A DNA stretch of 64,000 nucleotides from Okamejei kenojei. Lineage: Eukaryota. A program made the translations under genes and the position numbers. Below, piece after piece: positions 46,491 through 59,400 of the stretch (positions are counted from its first letter, which is position 1; each line of letters starts with the position of its first letter). The notes beneath the pieces were generated by a model. That model worked only from the letters and a program-made list of their open reading frames with translations, made no database searches and was not told the origin of the DNA. The stretch is from the NCBI GenBank assembly GCA_035221665.1, contig CM069159.1, positions 22,196,001 to 22,260,000 on the forward strand. Reading direction: 5' to 3'.

Positions 46491-49271
46491 ATCTGTTTTA
46501 AATAGGTGAATGCTTTGGATAAAAAGTTATTGCTGTAAATCAGCAAGTAAAGCTACTGACCCCAATTTGAAGCACTACAATCCTTTAATAATCAGAGGGC
46601 AAATAAGAACAACCTCTCTGAGTGAAGGTCAAAGATGGCCCTTTAAGCAAAGGAAGAATCATTATTCCTGAGTTAACCAGAGCCTCAGAACCACACTGAT
46701 GGGAGTACGGAGAGTAGACTACCCAGTTACCTCTTTGGTTGAAGGATATCACATTTCAAGAAGGAGTTGGAGGAAATACTCAAGAAAGAAGAGTATATGA
46801 CACTCAAAAAAATGACATAAATTCAAAAGAACTGCTGAAAAAAATCTTTCTCTATATTTCTGTACCGAATATTATCTTTATAGCTTGCATGTGTAATTTT
46901 GTTGTGTTACATGCAGGCTGCAGAGCTAGGATTGGATGGATTATATCAGATTCCATGGGCTTTCTGCCTGGCATTTTGGATTCTACCTTACCTCAGTGTC
47001 TCTACATTAATCCACAGTGCTGGCGCTCTTTGAAATATTGAAAACATTGCTCATTGGAGCAAGGGTGAAATGGGCCATTTGCTAAAAACACAAAAGTTGC
47101 TCATACCGATTAGGCAGCCCATTCTACAATACACCTGATTTTCATTCCCATGTCTGATTATTATATCAAAATCAACCGTTGTGTAAAAAGCAGCTGATTG
47201 ACTACGACAAGCCCAAACTGTATCACTTGGGAAGGACAATTGCATCTTCCAGAATCCCTTCTTATTCAAAAGTTTTATCTGATTGCATATATGTTGATTC
47301 TTTGCTATAAATGCAATGTTTAGCTGATAGTTGGGTATTCTCATCATAATGCAGACAGCCTCATTGAACACTCTCTGGCAGTTAAAGTGAGGAAATTGAG
47401 AGCTTTTGTCTAATTTGTTATTATATTTCCATTTTTGTTATGGCTTGTCTTTCAAGAGATTACAAGAAAATGAGATGCAAGTTTATGGTTAACAATCTTC
47501 GAGTTTATTTACTGCAGCCATTGAAACCTGATATTTGATTCCTGTAATGTATGGAGCTTTGTGCCAAACTGCTGATCAGATTTCCGGGATTGAGAGTTCA
47601 CTTGGAAAACTTAGGAAAAAACTGTTTGTCTATGTTGACTGGCTGAAGTTAAGTGTGGGAGCCTTTGGAGAAGGATGAATGAACAAACTTTGTCACTGAG
47701 TGACTGGGTCCAGCTCTGCTGCCACAACTGTTTACAGAGGCTCACAAACCTGGTAGGGCTGTTAGTGGGTGGGACAAAGAGAGGTGGTGGTGGTAGGACA
47801 GGACACAGGTAAGTGGGGCATCAGTGAAGTGATAGGTTGGGTGTCACCACTAGCCAACTGTGAGCACTTCACCTACAGGGAAGCTACAGAGGAGCATGGG
47901 CAGATACCTGAATGGAGTTTGCCAACCCTGCCTCTCAGCAAGGAATGCCAAGTGCTGTAGAGGAACCTAAAGAGGAGGAAAAGAAATTATGTGAAGCAAT
48001 AAATGTAAGTAAATGGAGAAGAGCACTTACAACACACAATTTATCAAATATTGGGCTGGATCATGCTCGATCTGACCCTCTCCCTGCACTCGATCTTCCT
48101 ACCACCCCCATTGCCACTCTTACATGTTGCGGGGCAGTCAAATGACAAGAGGCCACAGTTCCACAGCCACCTTGCAAAGTGATGAGCAGGTCTCCAGCTA
48201 CCTCATCCTAAAAGGCTGCACTCATACCCCCACCACACACAACCCTAGCCCAGCCCAGCCCACACCGAAAATGTTGAAATCCGTTGGAATAATTTAAAAT
48301 ATATATTTTATAAAACCATTAAAAAAGACTGGAAGCTGGTGTCAAATAATTAAAACTCAAACATATAGTGAATAAAATTAAAAAAAACTAAAATCTCTTG
48401 ACAACGTTTCCCTTTTCTTGATGGGATACCCTAGTGAGATGAAGTGTGTCTCACGCCTCAGCTCAGGACTTTGTGGATCATCCCTACACTCAGTGGCCTG
48501 TAACAGAACGAGAGGTCATCAGACCTCCCATGTATTCTGTACTTTCCTATTGCAATGCATTGTTTGGGGGTAGTTCAGAACACTCTGACGCGCAGACTGC
48601 TGTTCGCCACCATTTTTCTACAAGGTTACTCACTAAATATTAGCAGGAGCTGGCCTTTTACCTTTGCTGCCTGGGGGATCTGACATTTAAATGGACAAGC
48701 TATTGGGGAGGTGTTATGCGAGACTTGCAGCTTACCGTATGTCCAATGGTTAATCTTGTGCTAAACAAGTGGCTGAGGGGCACACAACCAGCATTGCCCC
48801 AATTCTGGTCTGGATTATGTCCTCATTTGCTCTTCTTAATGGAATTTACAATTATAAATTGAGAGATTAAATAGAACATCTTCACTTTAGGATTCATAGT
48901 CTTTCCTGACATTTCAGTTTAACTCACATATAATAGGACAAGCCCAAAATTAATAAAAAATTCAAATCCACATAACTGTACTCAGAATTTATAATCAAAA
49001 CAAATCCCGTTAATAGAATAACATGAAATACGTTACAAATCTTAGGCAATTCCCAGCTTCCTGTTTTGCTCCAGTGCTGCTGTCATGGCAATTAGTTATC
49101 ACGTTATTATTTTTAATTAAAGATAAAGAAATGATATATTTGTAATTAGAAATAATTAAAGATTATATTGTTAATAAATGAAAGATTTTCAGAATAGTTT
49201 CACCAGTTCCTTTTTTTAAAATACCATACTCTATCTTATATATAACAAAAGCAGAAAAAGAAAACCCCCAA

Positions 49272-49468
49272 AACAGATGCTGGAAATTCAGTACAGGGAA
49301 AGTGCTGGAAATATTCAACAGATCAGGAAAGATCTGTGGAGAGAGCAACAGAGATAATGTTTCAGTTTGATGACACTTGCTATCTGACCTGATGAGTATT
49401 CCCAGCATTTTATGTTTTTACATGATTTCAAAAAGTTATTTTATTTCCAATATCCAGCATCTGTAGAG
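49272..49468. mobile_element. Old Penelope-like inverted terminal-repeat pair
   Basis: ACAGATGCTGGA...GTGCTGGAAATATTCA ... TGAGTATTCCCAGCAT...TCCAGCATCTGT. Confidence 0.55.
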
Positions 49469-50256
49469 CTTTGTTTGTAAATATTCAATTTCATTGTTGT
49501 TTAAAATTAGCTGTAGAAACGGAATAAATTATTATACCCCAAGTAAACTTGAATGTTGTTGATGTGAATGCAACGAGATATGATGGCGGGGCAGTGGAGG
49601 AAACCAGAGGGTAAATGGGATGATGTAAAAGAAGGTTGAATTGAAGCCACTCCAAACCAATTAGAGGTTACATTCATCCTTGGTTATTTGCATCAAATGC
49701 ACAGTGTAGTAGTGTTGCCACATTGCAATCCACTCCTGAAATTCGTTTGCATTGACTAATCTTGAAAATGGAAACCAAGCTGTTAGTATTATTTAGTATT
49801 ATTCATGCTATGGACTAGGTTCTAGTCTTGAGGTTGGGGAATTATTTTAATCTAATTCACTGAACGTGGTAGACCTAATCATTACCTACTACTGTCCAAA
49901 GGGAGCAAACTAGATGGGAGGCAGGTAAAACGGCATTGTGTTTAAACATATTACTATTGCCCAGACATTGCGCAGTTCAGAAATGCTTCATCCCACACAC
50001 TAATTTTCTTTATATGCAAGCTTGATAACTCTCAATCTCAGATATCTCCAAAAATTAGAAATTTGCTATAGTTGGATAAGAGTTGGGCTTCTATGGCATT
50101 TGCCTCCAGAAACAAATTTCCATTGGTGTGTATACATGATTTAAGAGAAAATACATGAAGCACAACATCCATGAGTAACATTTATCATGCACGCCACTTT
50201 TTAGTTATTGATTGCATATTACTCTATATAGTTCACATCCTATCACCAATCTTATT

Positions 50257-50425
50257 CACAATCACAATAATACTTTATTAGCCAAGTATGTTTTGCAACA
50301 CACAAGGAATTTCATTTGCCAAGTCAGTCATACAAATAAAAAGCAACAAAACACACAAAATACATTTTAACATAAACATCCGCCACAGTGGCTCCTCCAC
50401 ATTCCTCACTGTGATGGAAGGCGGA
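50257..50425 (-). mobile_element. LINE 3' tail, Rex1/Babar-like
   Basis: CACAATCACAATAATACTTTATTAGCCAAGTATGTTTTGCAACA..AGGAATTT: repeated tail unit and antisense AATAAA. Confidence 0.5.
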
Positions 50426-50447
50426 ATTGCATCTAATCTATCAATGT

Positions 50448-50488
50448 CTCCCTTATACTAGTATGTGGCCTCCCTTATACTAGTATGT
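50448..50488. repeat. 19-bp direct duplication
   Basis: CTCCCTTATACTAGTATGT at 50448-50466 and 50470-50488. Confidence 0.85.
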
Positions 50489-51182
50489 AAAAATGCAAAT
50501 ACATAAAAACAGGAGAATTATGGAGTTGACTTATCAGCTACATTATAATTGTTAGACTACAATGTAGAAAAAATCCATTAATAACTAAAATAAATAAAAT
50601 ATGGGACATGACAAACAGCGAAAACTCACCTATGTTAAATATTTTCTGTGCAACACATTTAATCAAGCATATATCTTGCACAGAATATATTTAGAGGAAA
50701 AATTCTGTTTGCCATTTAAAACACAGCTGTCAAAAGTGACATTAATTCTTGCTCAATCATTTAAAACTATTATTTTAAGTTGTAAATTGTCATAAGCATT
50801 TAGCAAGTAGTCCAGTTGCGATGTTAATGAATCCTTAAGAGATCATATCATTTTGTTTAGGTCGCCTGGGTGAAGGCAATGAAGTAAAAATACAATCTGT
50901 AACTAATGGGAACACAGATACTACATCAAAGAAAATAATGTCTTGAAAAACATGTGATTTATCATTTAAGGATTGTGTCTAAGGATAGGGTTTATTTACT
51001 GGCATTGGCAACCAATTGTTCTTTTTACCCAATAGGACGAGTGCAACCGTGATAATGAGGTGAACAGTTCCTCTTTAAAACTGTAAGATCTGTTAGCATG
51101 AAGGTACATGAATGAACCCAGATGAATAATTACACCAAGCAGTGCAAAGCTCTTTAACTTGTACTTTTATAGCTGTCATAGT

Positions 51183-51321
51183 GGGGTGGGAGATTGCAAC
51201 CTTCACGTGGTCCGCCCCATTTCGACAAATGCAATCAACCTAGCGTGCACAATCAAATAAGATCAAATAGAACAAGTTGTCCTACAACTTTAGGGTGTGC
51301 ATGCCATACGAAAGAAGAAGC
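51183..51321 (+). mobile_element. Short retroposon insertion with (AAG)n tail, family unassigned
   Basis: Ends CATACGAAAGAAGAAG; perfect 12-bp TSD AGCTGTCATAGT at 51171-51182 and 51322-51333. Confidence 0.7.
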
Positions 51322-51764
51322 AGCTGTCATAGTCTTAGGAAGAGCAATTAGGGAATGTCAATGTCTTAGATACCTTGACCCAGCAGTACCAACACTATGA
51401 TAATCTATGAAAAATGAGGGGTAGATTGAGGCAGCGACATGATAGTTCTGCTCCGCAACTGGACTATTCAAATCGTGAATGGGACCTACTGATGCCTTTA
51501 TGAATTCTTCGTAGCAGTGCCAATTTTTAAACTTACTAAGCATCAAAGTGTTGTACAACTACCAACAAAACTTTATTTCCACACTCCCCTTTCCTCTGCA
51601 TGCAAAACGGTATTTATATTTCTTTTTAGATCAGGCGTTTATTTATCCAAGTTGAACCTCATCAGCATCAGAATCATAACTGGGTTTAGTTACAGGCGAC
51701 ATTGAGTATTCAATGGAACCTTAATCTGTTTGATTTATGCCACATTTTTTTTTTGTTTAAGACT

Positions 51765-52057
51765 TTAAGACATAGGAGCAGAATAAGACCATTCGGCCCC
51801 TTTGAGTGCTCCACCATTCGATCATTTTCTCTCTTAACCACATTCTCCTACCTAACAATCTCCATATTATAAATATCCATTTACGGCCACCACCGTTGTC
51901 TGTGCCAATGAATTCCACAGATTCACCACCCTTTGGCTAAAGAAATTCCTCGTCATCTCCATTCTAAAGCTATGTCCTTTTATTTTGATGCCGTGCCCTC
52001 TGGGCATAGACTCTCCCACTACTGGAACATCCTCCCATTTCCACCCTATCTAGGCCT
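51765..52057 (-). mobile_element. CR1 LINE 3' fragment
   Basis: ATAGGAGCAGAATAAGACCATTCGGCCC...GAATTCCACAGATTCACCACCCTTTGGCTAAAGAAATTCC (antisense of FF.QRVVNLWNSL). Confidence 0.8.
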
Positions 52058-53284
52058 ATTTAATTTAATTTAAGTGTACTATTTTCATTTTATCAAACCT
52101 AGTTTCTCACGAGTCTTACCTAATGTATTATTTATCATGAATGGATAATTTATTATAAATGAATTTAAATGTCTTTCAATGCTTTGCCCACATTCTGGGC
52201 CAAAGTTTGCCTTTAAAATGTCAGGGGTCTGTGAGAGAAAACTGGGTAATATTGGTTGCTTTGCTTTCACTCAGAAAATATTCGTGAAGTTTAGACTTTA
52301 GTAACTAACTATACAGACCTGCAAGAAGTGACTAAAAGTGAGAAGCTCGAGTCCCCATTGCCCACTTCCAAAGGCTTAAGCAGGAGAAGGGAATGGGGAT
52401 GAGGAGAGTAACCATTTATGGTCCCACATTCTTAACTGAGCATTTTACATAAGTGTTTAACATGTCCCTACAAAAATGGTCAAACGTCATCTCATGTGTA
52501 TGTCCCCTGCTCTCTTCATTATTCGCTCAACTGGGCTTTTGCTTGCTTGATGAATGTCCTCACTGTTTCCAAGAGTTATTAGTATTCCTACAACACCTCA
52601 AATTAAACTTATTTTAATTTCGGTAGGTGTCCAAAAGGAGGATATACTCTACCATTCTTGAGTGTGCTTTTCAAGGTGAAGGATGACAGTGCCGAGGGCA
52701 AGTAATCATTCAACATCTGAGCTGGAAGATTCATGTTTCACTATGTGGAAGCAATGTAGGGTTGCTTCCACTCTATCATGAGAGGCAAGCCTCTGGATAG
52801 CACCTGCTATCCTATATTAATGGTACTTCCACAACCTGCTCCTTCAATCCTCCAGCACAAATCTGTCAAGGAAAATGGTACACTGCATACCAACTCCCTG
52901 ACTTTTCAATGAAATAATTTTCCACTGCAGTCTCTGCAAAAGTTAACTCCAGTTTAAACCTGTGGCTGCTAAACTGGGTAAAACTGGTAACTTCATTGCT
53001 CACTGGCATAGGTCCAGAGAGGAATGTATATTAATGTGGCAGATACTGTAATTACATCCAGGAAAGCAAAACATTATCTTTCCATGCAGCTTATTAAAGA
53101 GCACATTCTCCACCGTTCTTTCTTATTGAGGAATAGTGAATGAAACTTCAAAATGGGGATGAGAAATCTAAATAAAGAGAGGGTAAAATTAGACCTATAG
53201 TGAGAATGACTACAATTGTATAAGAAATTCCAGTTTTCACATGCCAAAAATGTTTTATTTTACACAGATTAACGAAATTTCTGT

Positions 53285-53467
53285 TAGCACCTACGTCTTC
53301 AAAAGTATCGATTTTCTCCATGGCGACCATACTGAGGCCGTGACTAGTTGTCAGAATGCGGGAGCTCCTCTCGACCATGAAGGAGACCACCTGCGACCAT
53401 GTGGCAATCTTGTGGCGAGTGCAGTCTCATATACTCGCCTAAGAGGTCGCCTAAGTGGGACAGGCCT
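53285..53467. mobile_element. One end of a PIF/Harbinger-like MITE
   Basis: CpG-rich block ending GTCGCCTAAGTGGGACAGGCC, the reverse of a GGCCTGTCCCACT terminus recalled from fish Harbinger-type MITEs; no matching left TIR seen. Confidence 0.45.
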
Positions 53468-53634
53468 ATAGACACTCTAAAATCCAGTTCTCTCAAGAAC
53501 TACACCTAACAACATCTAATCTTATGACCATCATCTGATCTTCATGTACTGATCGACAAGCTGAAGCTCCAACTGCAACTGGGAACACACTAACACCTGA
53601 CCTGAACACCAATGCCCACTCTGGTGTATTGACT

Positions 53635-53795
53635 CACAGAGTCATAGATCTGTACAGCACAGAAACAGGCCTTTTGTCCCGTTGTCCATACTGACCAAGT
53701 TGGCATTTTGGGCTAATTCCTTTTGCTTGCATTTGGTGCATATTCCTCTGAACCCTTTCTATCCATATATCTGTCCAAATGTCATATAAAAGTCA
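53635..53795 (-). mobile_element. CR1 3' end
   Basis: CACAGAGTCATAGA..TACAGCACAGAAACAGGCCTTTTG...CTATCCATATATCTGTCCAAATGTC. Confidence 0.7.
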
Positions 53796-54194
53796 TTTCT
53801 TGGATGAGCAATTTCAGCTTCAAGGCAGGATCTGGTCCGGAAGATGTTGTCGCATGGAGTAGATATGATCTTCCATTTGTTTGACCAACCACTTGCTGAC
53901 TACTGATCCATGGCAGATTGCATTGAACCTCTCCCATGAACTGAGCTGTCTAACTGGATAGTCAAGCTCCACCCCATCACTTCACCATTCCTGGCAGGCA
54001 ACGTTCCTCCCACTTGCCTATCAACCCCTCTGCCAACTTACTGGCATTGAACGTACCTTTCTAATCCTGACCCTCCACAATCTCCCACCATCCCTGGCTC
54101 TTTGTCCTCTTATAACCCCAAGCCTGTTACCTGACCCTAACTCTAAAACTAGCTGAATTCCTCATGCAAGATCTGATTAGTAGCTCTAGAACTT

Positions 54195-54790
54195 ATGAAA
54201 ATAGAAGCAGGAGTAGGCCATTAGGCATCTGAGTAGGCCACTCAATATCATCATGTCTAATCCATGCTGCCCTCAACTCTTCAACAGTATCAGTTCCGTG
54301 GCCCTCAACTTGATGTATCAAATATTTATCGATCTCCATCTTAAATATTTTTAATGATCACTATCCTCGGGGGGCAGAGAATTTGGGAAATTCTCTCCCG
54401 GCTGTGAGAAGAAATGTTTATGTACCTCAGTTAGATTTTAGACTTTAGAGATGCAGCATGGAAACAGGCCCTTCGGCCCATCAAGTCTGCGCCGACCAGC
54501 GATCACCCCATACACTTACACTATCCTAAACACTATGGACAATTTACAATTCACAGAAGCCAACTAACCTACAAACCTGTAAATTTTCGAGTGTGGGAGG
54601 AAACCGAAGTTCTCGGAGAAAACCCATGCAGTCACAGAGAGAAGGTACAAACGCTGTACAGGCAGCACTCGTAGTCAGGATCGAACCCGGGTCTCTGGAG
54701 CTGTAAGGCGGCATCTCTACCACTGCGCCACTGTGCCATTTTAAGTGACTATATTGTAACTAGTTTTTCTTGATTCTGACTCTTCCACGA
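54195..54790 (-). mobile_element. Old CR1 3' fragment interrupted by a SINE
   Basis: ATAGAAGCAGGAGTAGGCCATT...GGCAGAGAATT...GTGAGAAGAAATGTT; resumes after 54737. Confidence 0.6.
54431..54737 (-). mobile_element. HE1/V-SINE-type SINE, near full length
   Basis: TTTAGACTTTAGAGAT tail; GTCAGGATCGAACCCGGGTCTCTGG; CTCTACCACTGCGCCACTGTGCC head. Confidence 0.88.
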
Positions 54791-55931
54791 TGCTCTGGGC
54801 TTTGAATGCTGACTTTCCCAGCGGTAGGTTCACAAAGAAAATATCTCTCATCCTGCTGCAAAGCATCTATTAAATATGTCCCCTTCCAATTTCTTGACTA
54901 TATGGTTACAAAATGTTTTGTTCCTGCTGCTGCAGTGCACAATTAGTGCCCCGTCAATAAAGCATAGATGAATTGAGCCGATAAATGGCTTAATCAGAGG
55001 TGACTTTCTTTTTCTATATTTTCTCTTGCTCAGAATAGAAATGTGCATTTATTGCAAAATGGCTTCAGTTTCCAGCATCACAACATCTCGGGCACTGTTC
55101 ATGATAAATCATGCTGAAAGCAATCTTTTATCGGGTCAAATGTACTAATTAATGAGGAACTGATAAATGGATCCATGTGGGGAACAGAATGTATTGAAGT
55201 TTTATCTTCAAGGCCTAAATCAAATATGTGCAGCCAGGATGTGATCAATGGGTACATCGAAGGATATGTTGTCACTATGACTAAATTCTCATGGCAACCT
55301 GCCCCGAGATCGAAAATCAAACATCTCCGATGCCATTTAATGTTCTCTCAGAGACATACTGCATCAAATGGTCAATGCAGGAATAGCTATTTGACCTTTT
55401 GTGTCCCCTTCATCGTTCAACAAGACCATGGCTGATCTTTTACTTCAGTGCTACCTTCCTGCAGTAATCAAAAATCTTTTGATTTCCCCAATATGCCTGA
55501 ATCTACCAATCTGTGCCTCGATATAGTCAGTGACTAAGCTTTCACTGCTCTTTTATGTAGATAATTGAAAGGATTGACCAAATCCTTGATGAAGAGATTC
55601 AGTGTCCTTTCAGTCTGGAAGCTTCGAGCCCTTAAGTTGAGATTCTGACCCTTGTTTCTGGACACCGCACTATCCCAGCATCTATCTTACAAAGTCTAAA
55701 GGAAATGTGTACAATAGGATCATCTCTTATTCTTCTAAACTCTGGGGAGTACAGGCCAGTCTATTTATTCCTCCTTGGGATAAAGCCTACCATTCCAGAA
55801 ATCAACTTTGTGAGCCTTTGTTGCGAGTACATCGGTTCTCAGGTAAGGAGACCAGATGTGTAAATGATATTCAAAGAGCCGTCTCATAAGGGGCTGATAT
55901 ATTTGCATTAAAACATTTTACTCTTGTGCTC

Positions 55932-56044
55932 GACCCGAAACGTCACCCATTCCTTCTCTCCAGAGGTGCTGCCTGTCCCGCGGAGTTACTCCAGCATTTT
56001 GTGTCTACCTTCGATTTAAACCAGCATCTGCAGTTCTATCCGAC
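55932..56044 (+). mobile_element. Penelope-like terminal-repeat insertion inside the CR1
   Basis: Begins GACCCGAAACGTCACCC; perfect 14-bp TSD TTACTCTTGTGCTC at 55918-55931 and 56045-56058. Confidence 0.85.
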
Positions 56045-56178
56045 TTACTCTTGTGCTCAAATCCGCTTGCCTTAAAGAACATTTCATCTGAGTTCCAGGT
56101 TGCTTACTAAGTCTGCATGTTAATGTCAGTGATGTACATGGAGACTCAAGTATCTCAAATTGCCAACATCATTCAATC

Positions 56179-56445
56179 TTTAGACTTTAGACAAACAGTG
56201 TGGAAACAGGCCCTTCGGTCCATGGAGTCGGCGCCAAACAGCGATCACCCCGTACACCAGCAACATCCTATATACTAGGGACAAGTTGTAATTTTACCAA
56301 AGCCAATTAACCTACAAACCTGTACGTGTTTGGAGTGTGGGATGAAACCGGAGCACCTGGAGAAACCCCACACAGTCACAGAAGAATGTGCAAACTCCAT
56401 ACTGACAGCGCCCGTAGTCAGGATCGAACCCGGGTCCCTGGAGCA
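56179..56445 (-). mobile_element. HE1/V-SINE-type SINE inside the CR1
   Basis: TTTAGACTTTAGA tail, V-domain, GTCAGGATCGAACCCGGGTCCCTGG. Confidence 0.85.
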
Positions 56446-59400
56446 ACACAATCTCTTCCCATTTAAAAAAAGTATACTTTTCTATTTATTTACCAAAATG
56501 GATAACCTCACATTTCCCACGCTGTATTCTGTCTGCCATTTCCTTGTCCATTCACTTAGCATCTTTATATCTCCCTGAAGCATCTCTGCATCCTTCTCAA
56601 AACCTATACCAGCACCTGGCTCAGTACTATGAGACAACTCAGATATGTTAAGCATGATCCTTATATCCAATTCACTAACTCCGTTTTGAGCAGCAGAGGC
56701 CTCAGCACTAATCCCTAAAGCAGCCCCCCCCCCCCCCCCCCCCCCCCCCACTAATCACAGCCAATATGAAAATGATTTGTTTATTCAAATCCTTGGTTTT
56801 CTCTTCAACAGCTAACCCTTCCATGCAAGAGAATACTCCAGTTCCATGAGTGCCAGTTGTTAAGTAATGTTATTTGTGACATCGTGTTGAAGGCTTTCTA
56901 AAGGTACAAATACACCACACCTACAGGTTCTCCTGTATCTATTCCACAAATTACAAATCAGATAAATTCTAACAGATTTGTCAAGTTGATTTTCCTTTCA
57001 TAAATCCATGCTGACTCTGAATTTTCTATGATTTTCTAATTGCATTCTTAACATTTTAAAACAATATATTGTTCCTTACATGTTCTGTACAAAGGACGTA
57101 AAGCTCTGTGGTCAATGATTCTCCATTAATTTTATCTCCTTTTATCTTGATTATGGGGGTATATTTGCTATCTTTTAATCTTTATGCACTGTTTCAGAAT
57201 CTGCAGAAATGATAACCACTGATTCCATTAACTCCATTGTCGCCTCTTTCTCAGGTCTCAAGTTCTGGAGATTTATTAAGCTCCAGCCTTATTAATTTTT
57301 CCAATACCATTTTTTGACAAATGCTACTTTCCATCAGCTCTTCTTTCAAAAAAGACTGTCCTTCACAATTCCTTGAGAATTTCATGAAGGCTTACACTGT
57401 TTTTCTGCTGCGTCCTTATTCCTTGATGTCACTTCTTCTAATTTCACTTTGTCAATGAACCGCATTAATTTATCTTCACATATTGATTGAACCTCTCATG
57501 GTCTCTTTATACGCTTCTCACCAGAATATTTCCTGATAGAATAGTAGAAGTTGCTGCTTGACAAGTGCTGGCAAAACCATCCACAGTTTTCAATGTTGGT
57601 GAGGTGGGTATTGATATCTCTGTCATTCTTTTGCACTCCAACAGCATGAAAGTACTTTGAGATGCACTTCCCCAAAGCATTTCCACTAATCAGCAACCCA
57701 TGTCTCTCTTCATTCTTTTCATTAGCAGCTTGAAAGTATAAAAAAGCTGCACACAACAATATGAAAATCTCTATTTGTTACTTCTCCCTAATTGGGAAAT
57801 GGGACACGGTGATGGTCAATTGAACCTGATGCATTGGAGGAAACGCTGCCTTGGCTGTCTTTTCTCTCTCTCGTTGAAGCCTTGCGCTCATACACTCCGA
57901 AGAGCTTACAGCAGCCAATACTAAACCTTAACATTAATTGTTTACAGTTCTTTTCCTATTTCTTTTCTTTGCAGCACACACAGACTTTCCATTGGACAAG
58001 GAGCTGAAAGAGGACAGTGACATCACGATTTATAGATTGGTGCTCTACTTGGCTGGAAGGGTCTGAATACAGAAAATTAACTAATACTTGTCCTCAGGGG
58101 TACAGATCAGAAGCTACGTAACTGGTGAAAAAGATGGGAATGAAATCTCAAAAGATGCAGCACACAGAACAGTAACATGACTGAGTGACACTGGTTCCAT
58201 GGATGACTTAAGTACCCTTGCCTTGTGTCCCTATTAAAAGAGGCCTATCATGTGAAATAAAGGAGCTATGTGGACATAAGTCCATGTCCAAAGGTTAGGT
58301 GGCCTCAATTTCTCACGCCTACATGATGTTAAGACTGCCAATGCTACGTTGAGGGTGTTCCTGCACCATTAATACAAGGTAAGGATAACCAATATAACTC
58401 CCATTTGTGGCTATCTAAATAGATCAACTTGTTATGCTCTATCATCCAGAAGACCACTGACATTCACCACTCAACTTATATGTGAAGGTATGCCCTCTGT
58501 CAATACACTAAATAGCAGCCACCTGTTGAAGCTTACTCCAGAAACAGGTAATGCATGCTAAAGGGAAGAGAAAAGCAACAAGAGTAGAAAAATGGCCTGT
58601 TAGAACGAGACCTACCAATCATACAACATCAGGGTTACTAACCAATGACCTGTGTTATGAACCACACTTTTTGTTATTTTAAAGCTTTTGAGAATTTCAA
58701 GAAAATGTAACTATTTATGCACCACCTTTTATGACTAAGTTTGGATCAAACATAATGCTTAGAGTTCAGTCATTAATTTCCAGTTACAATACCCAGAAGT
58801 TGAATCTGTTGGTATTGAAAGACTATTTGGCTGGATTCAAACTAATTGCACTCATTCATTTGTTAGCTAGCAAAGGAGAGAATGGTGCATGTACATTTAT
58901 ATGTACAGTTCATTCTTCTTCACAAAACTATCAGATACCTCATACATCTGCAGTGCCGGCAGTAAAGATGTACAATTGAACAAATGAAATATAAAGACAA
59001 AGCATGCAATTATCAGTTGGCACACATGCAATTAAACAAAAAAATCAGCGCTAGTAACAAACCAGTTTCATTGTAGGAGGGAAATTACAAAAAAAATCTG
59101 TCATTATCTTGACTCCTGTCATAGCACCGGAGTCACAATCGTTTATCTGTTTGGCTTTGTTTCAAAGCGTTTTTCAGACGTGTAATTAACATGTCCACTT
59201 TTATTTCATTACATAATGCGAGTTAATTGTTACTTAATCTTAAGGATGGGCTGCTGTTGCTTTCACAACTTTGTAGCCTTTAGACAGTACTGAAAAATGG
59301 CTCTCACCTAAAATGAATAGGACACTGACATAACATAGTACAGACTGGATTACCAATTGGGCCTGAGGATACTTTGACGTACAGTTCTTTGATTATGTCG

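Larger units (their letters stand above)
55420..57430 (-). mobile_element. Long old CR1 LINE fragment (RT to 3' end) with nested insertions
   Basis: Minus strand EKDAEMLQGDIKMLSEWTRKWQTEYSVGNV (cf. CR1 LQ.DLD.L.EWA..WQM.FNV.KC); antisense QHGFMKGKS.LTNL near 56970-57020. Confidence 0.75.

Noticed and set aside
47560-47960. Possible CR1 ORF1 esterase remnant
   Set aside because: Only a vague resemblance to the VVVGDS motif; too degenerate to support.
57496-58070. ORF 57496-57759 and neighbouring exon-like segments on both strands
   Set aside because: No consistent acceptor-donor pair with an open frame and no recognisable protein similarity.
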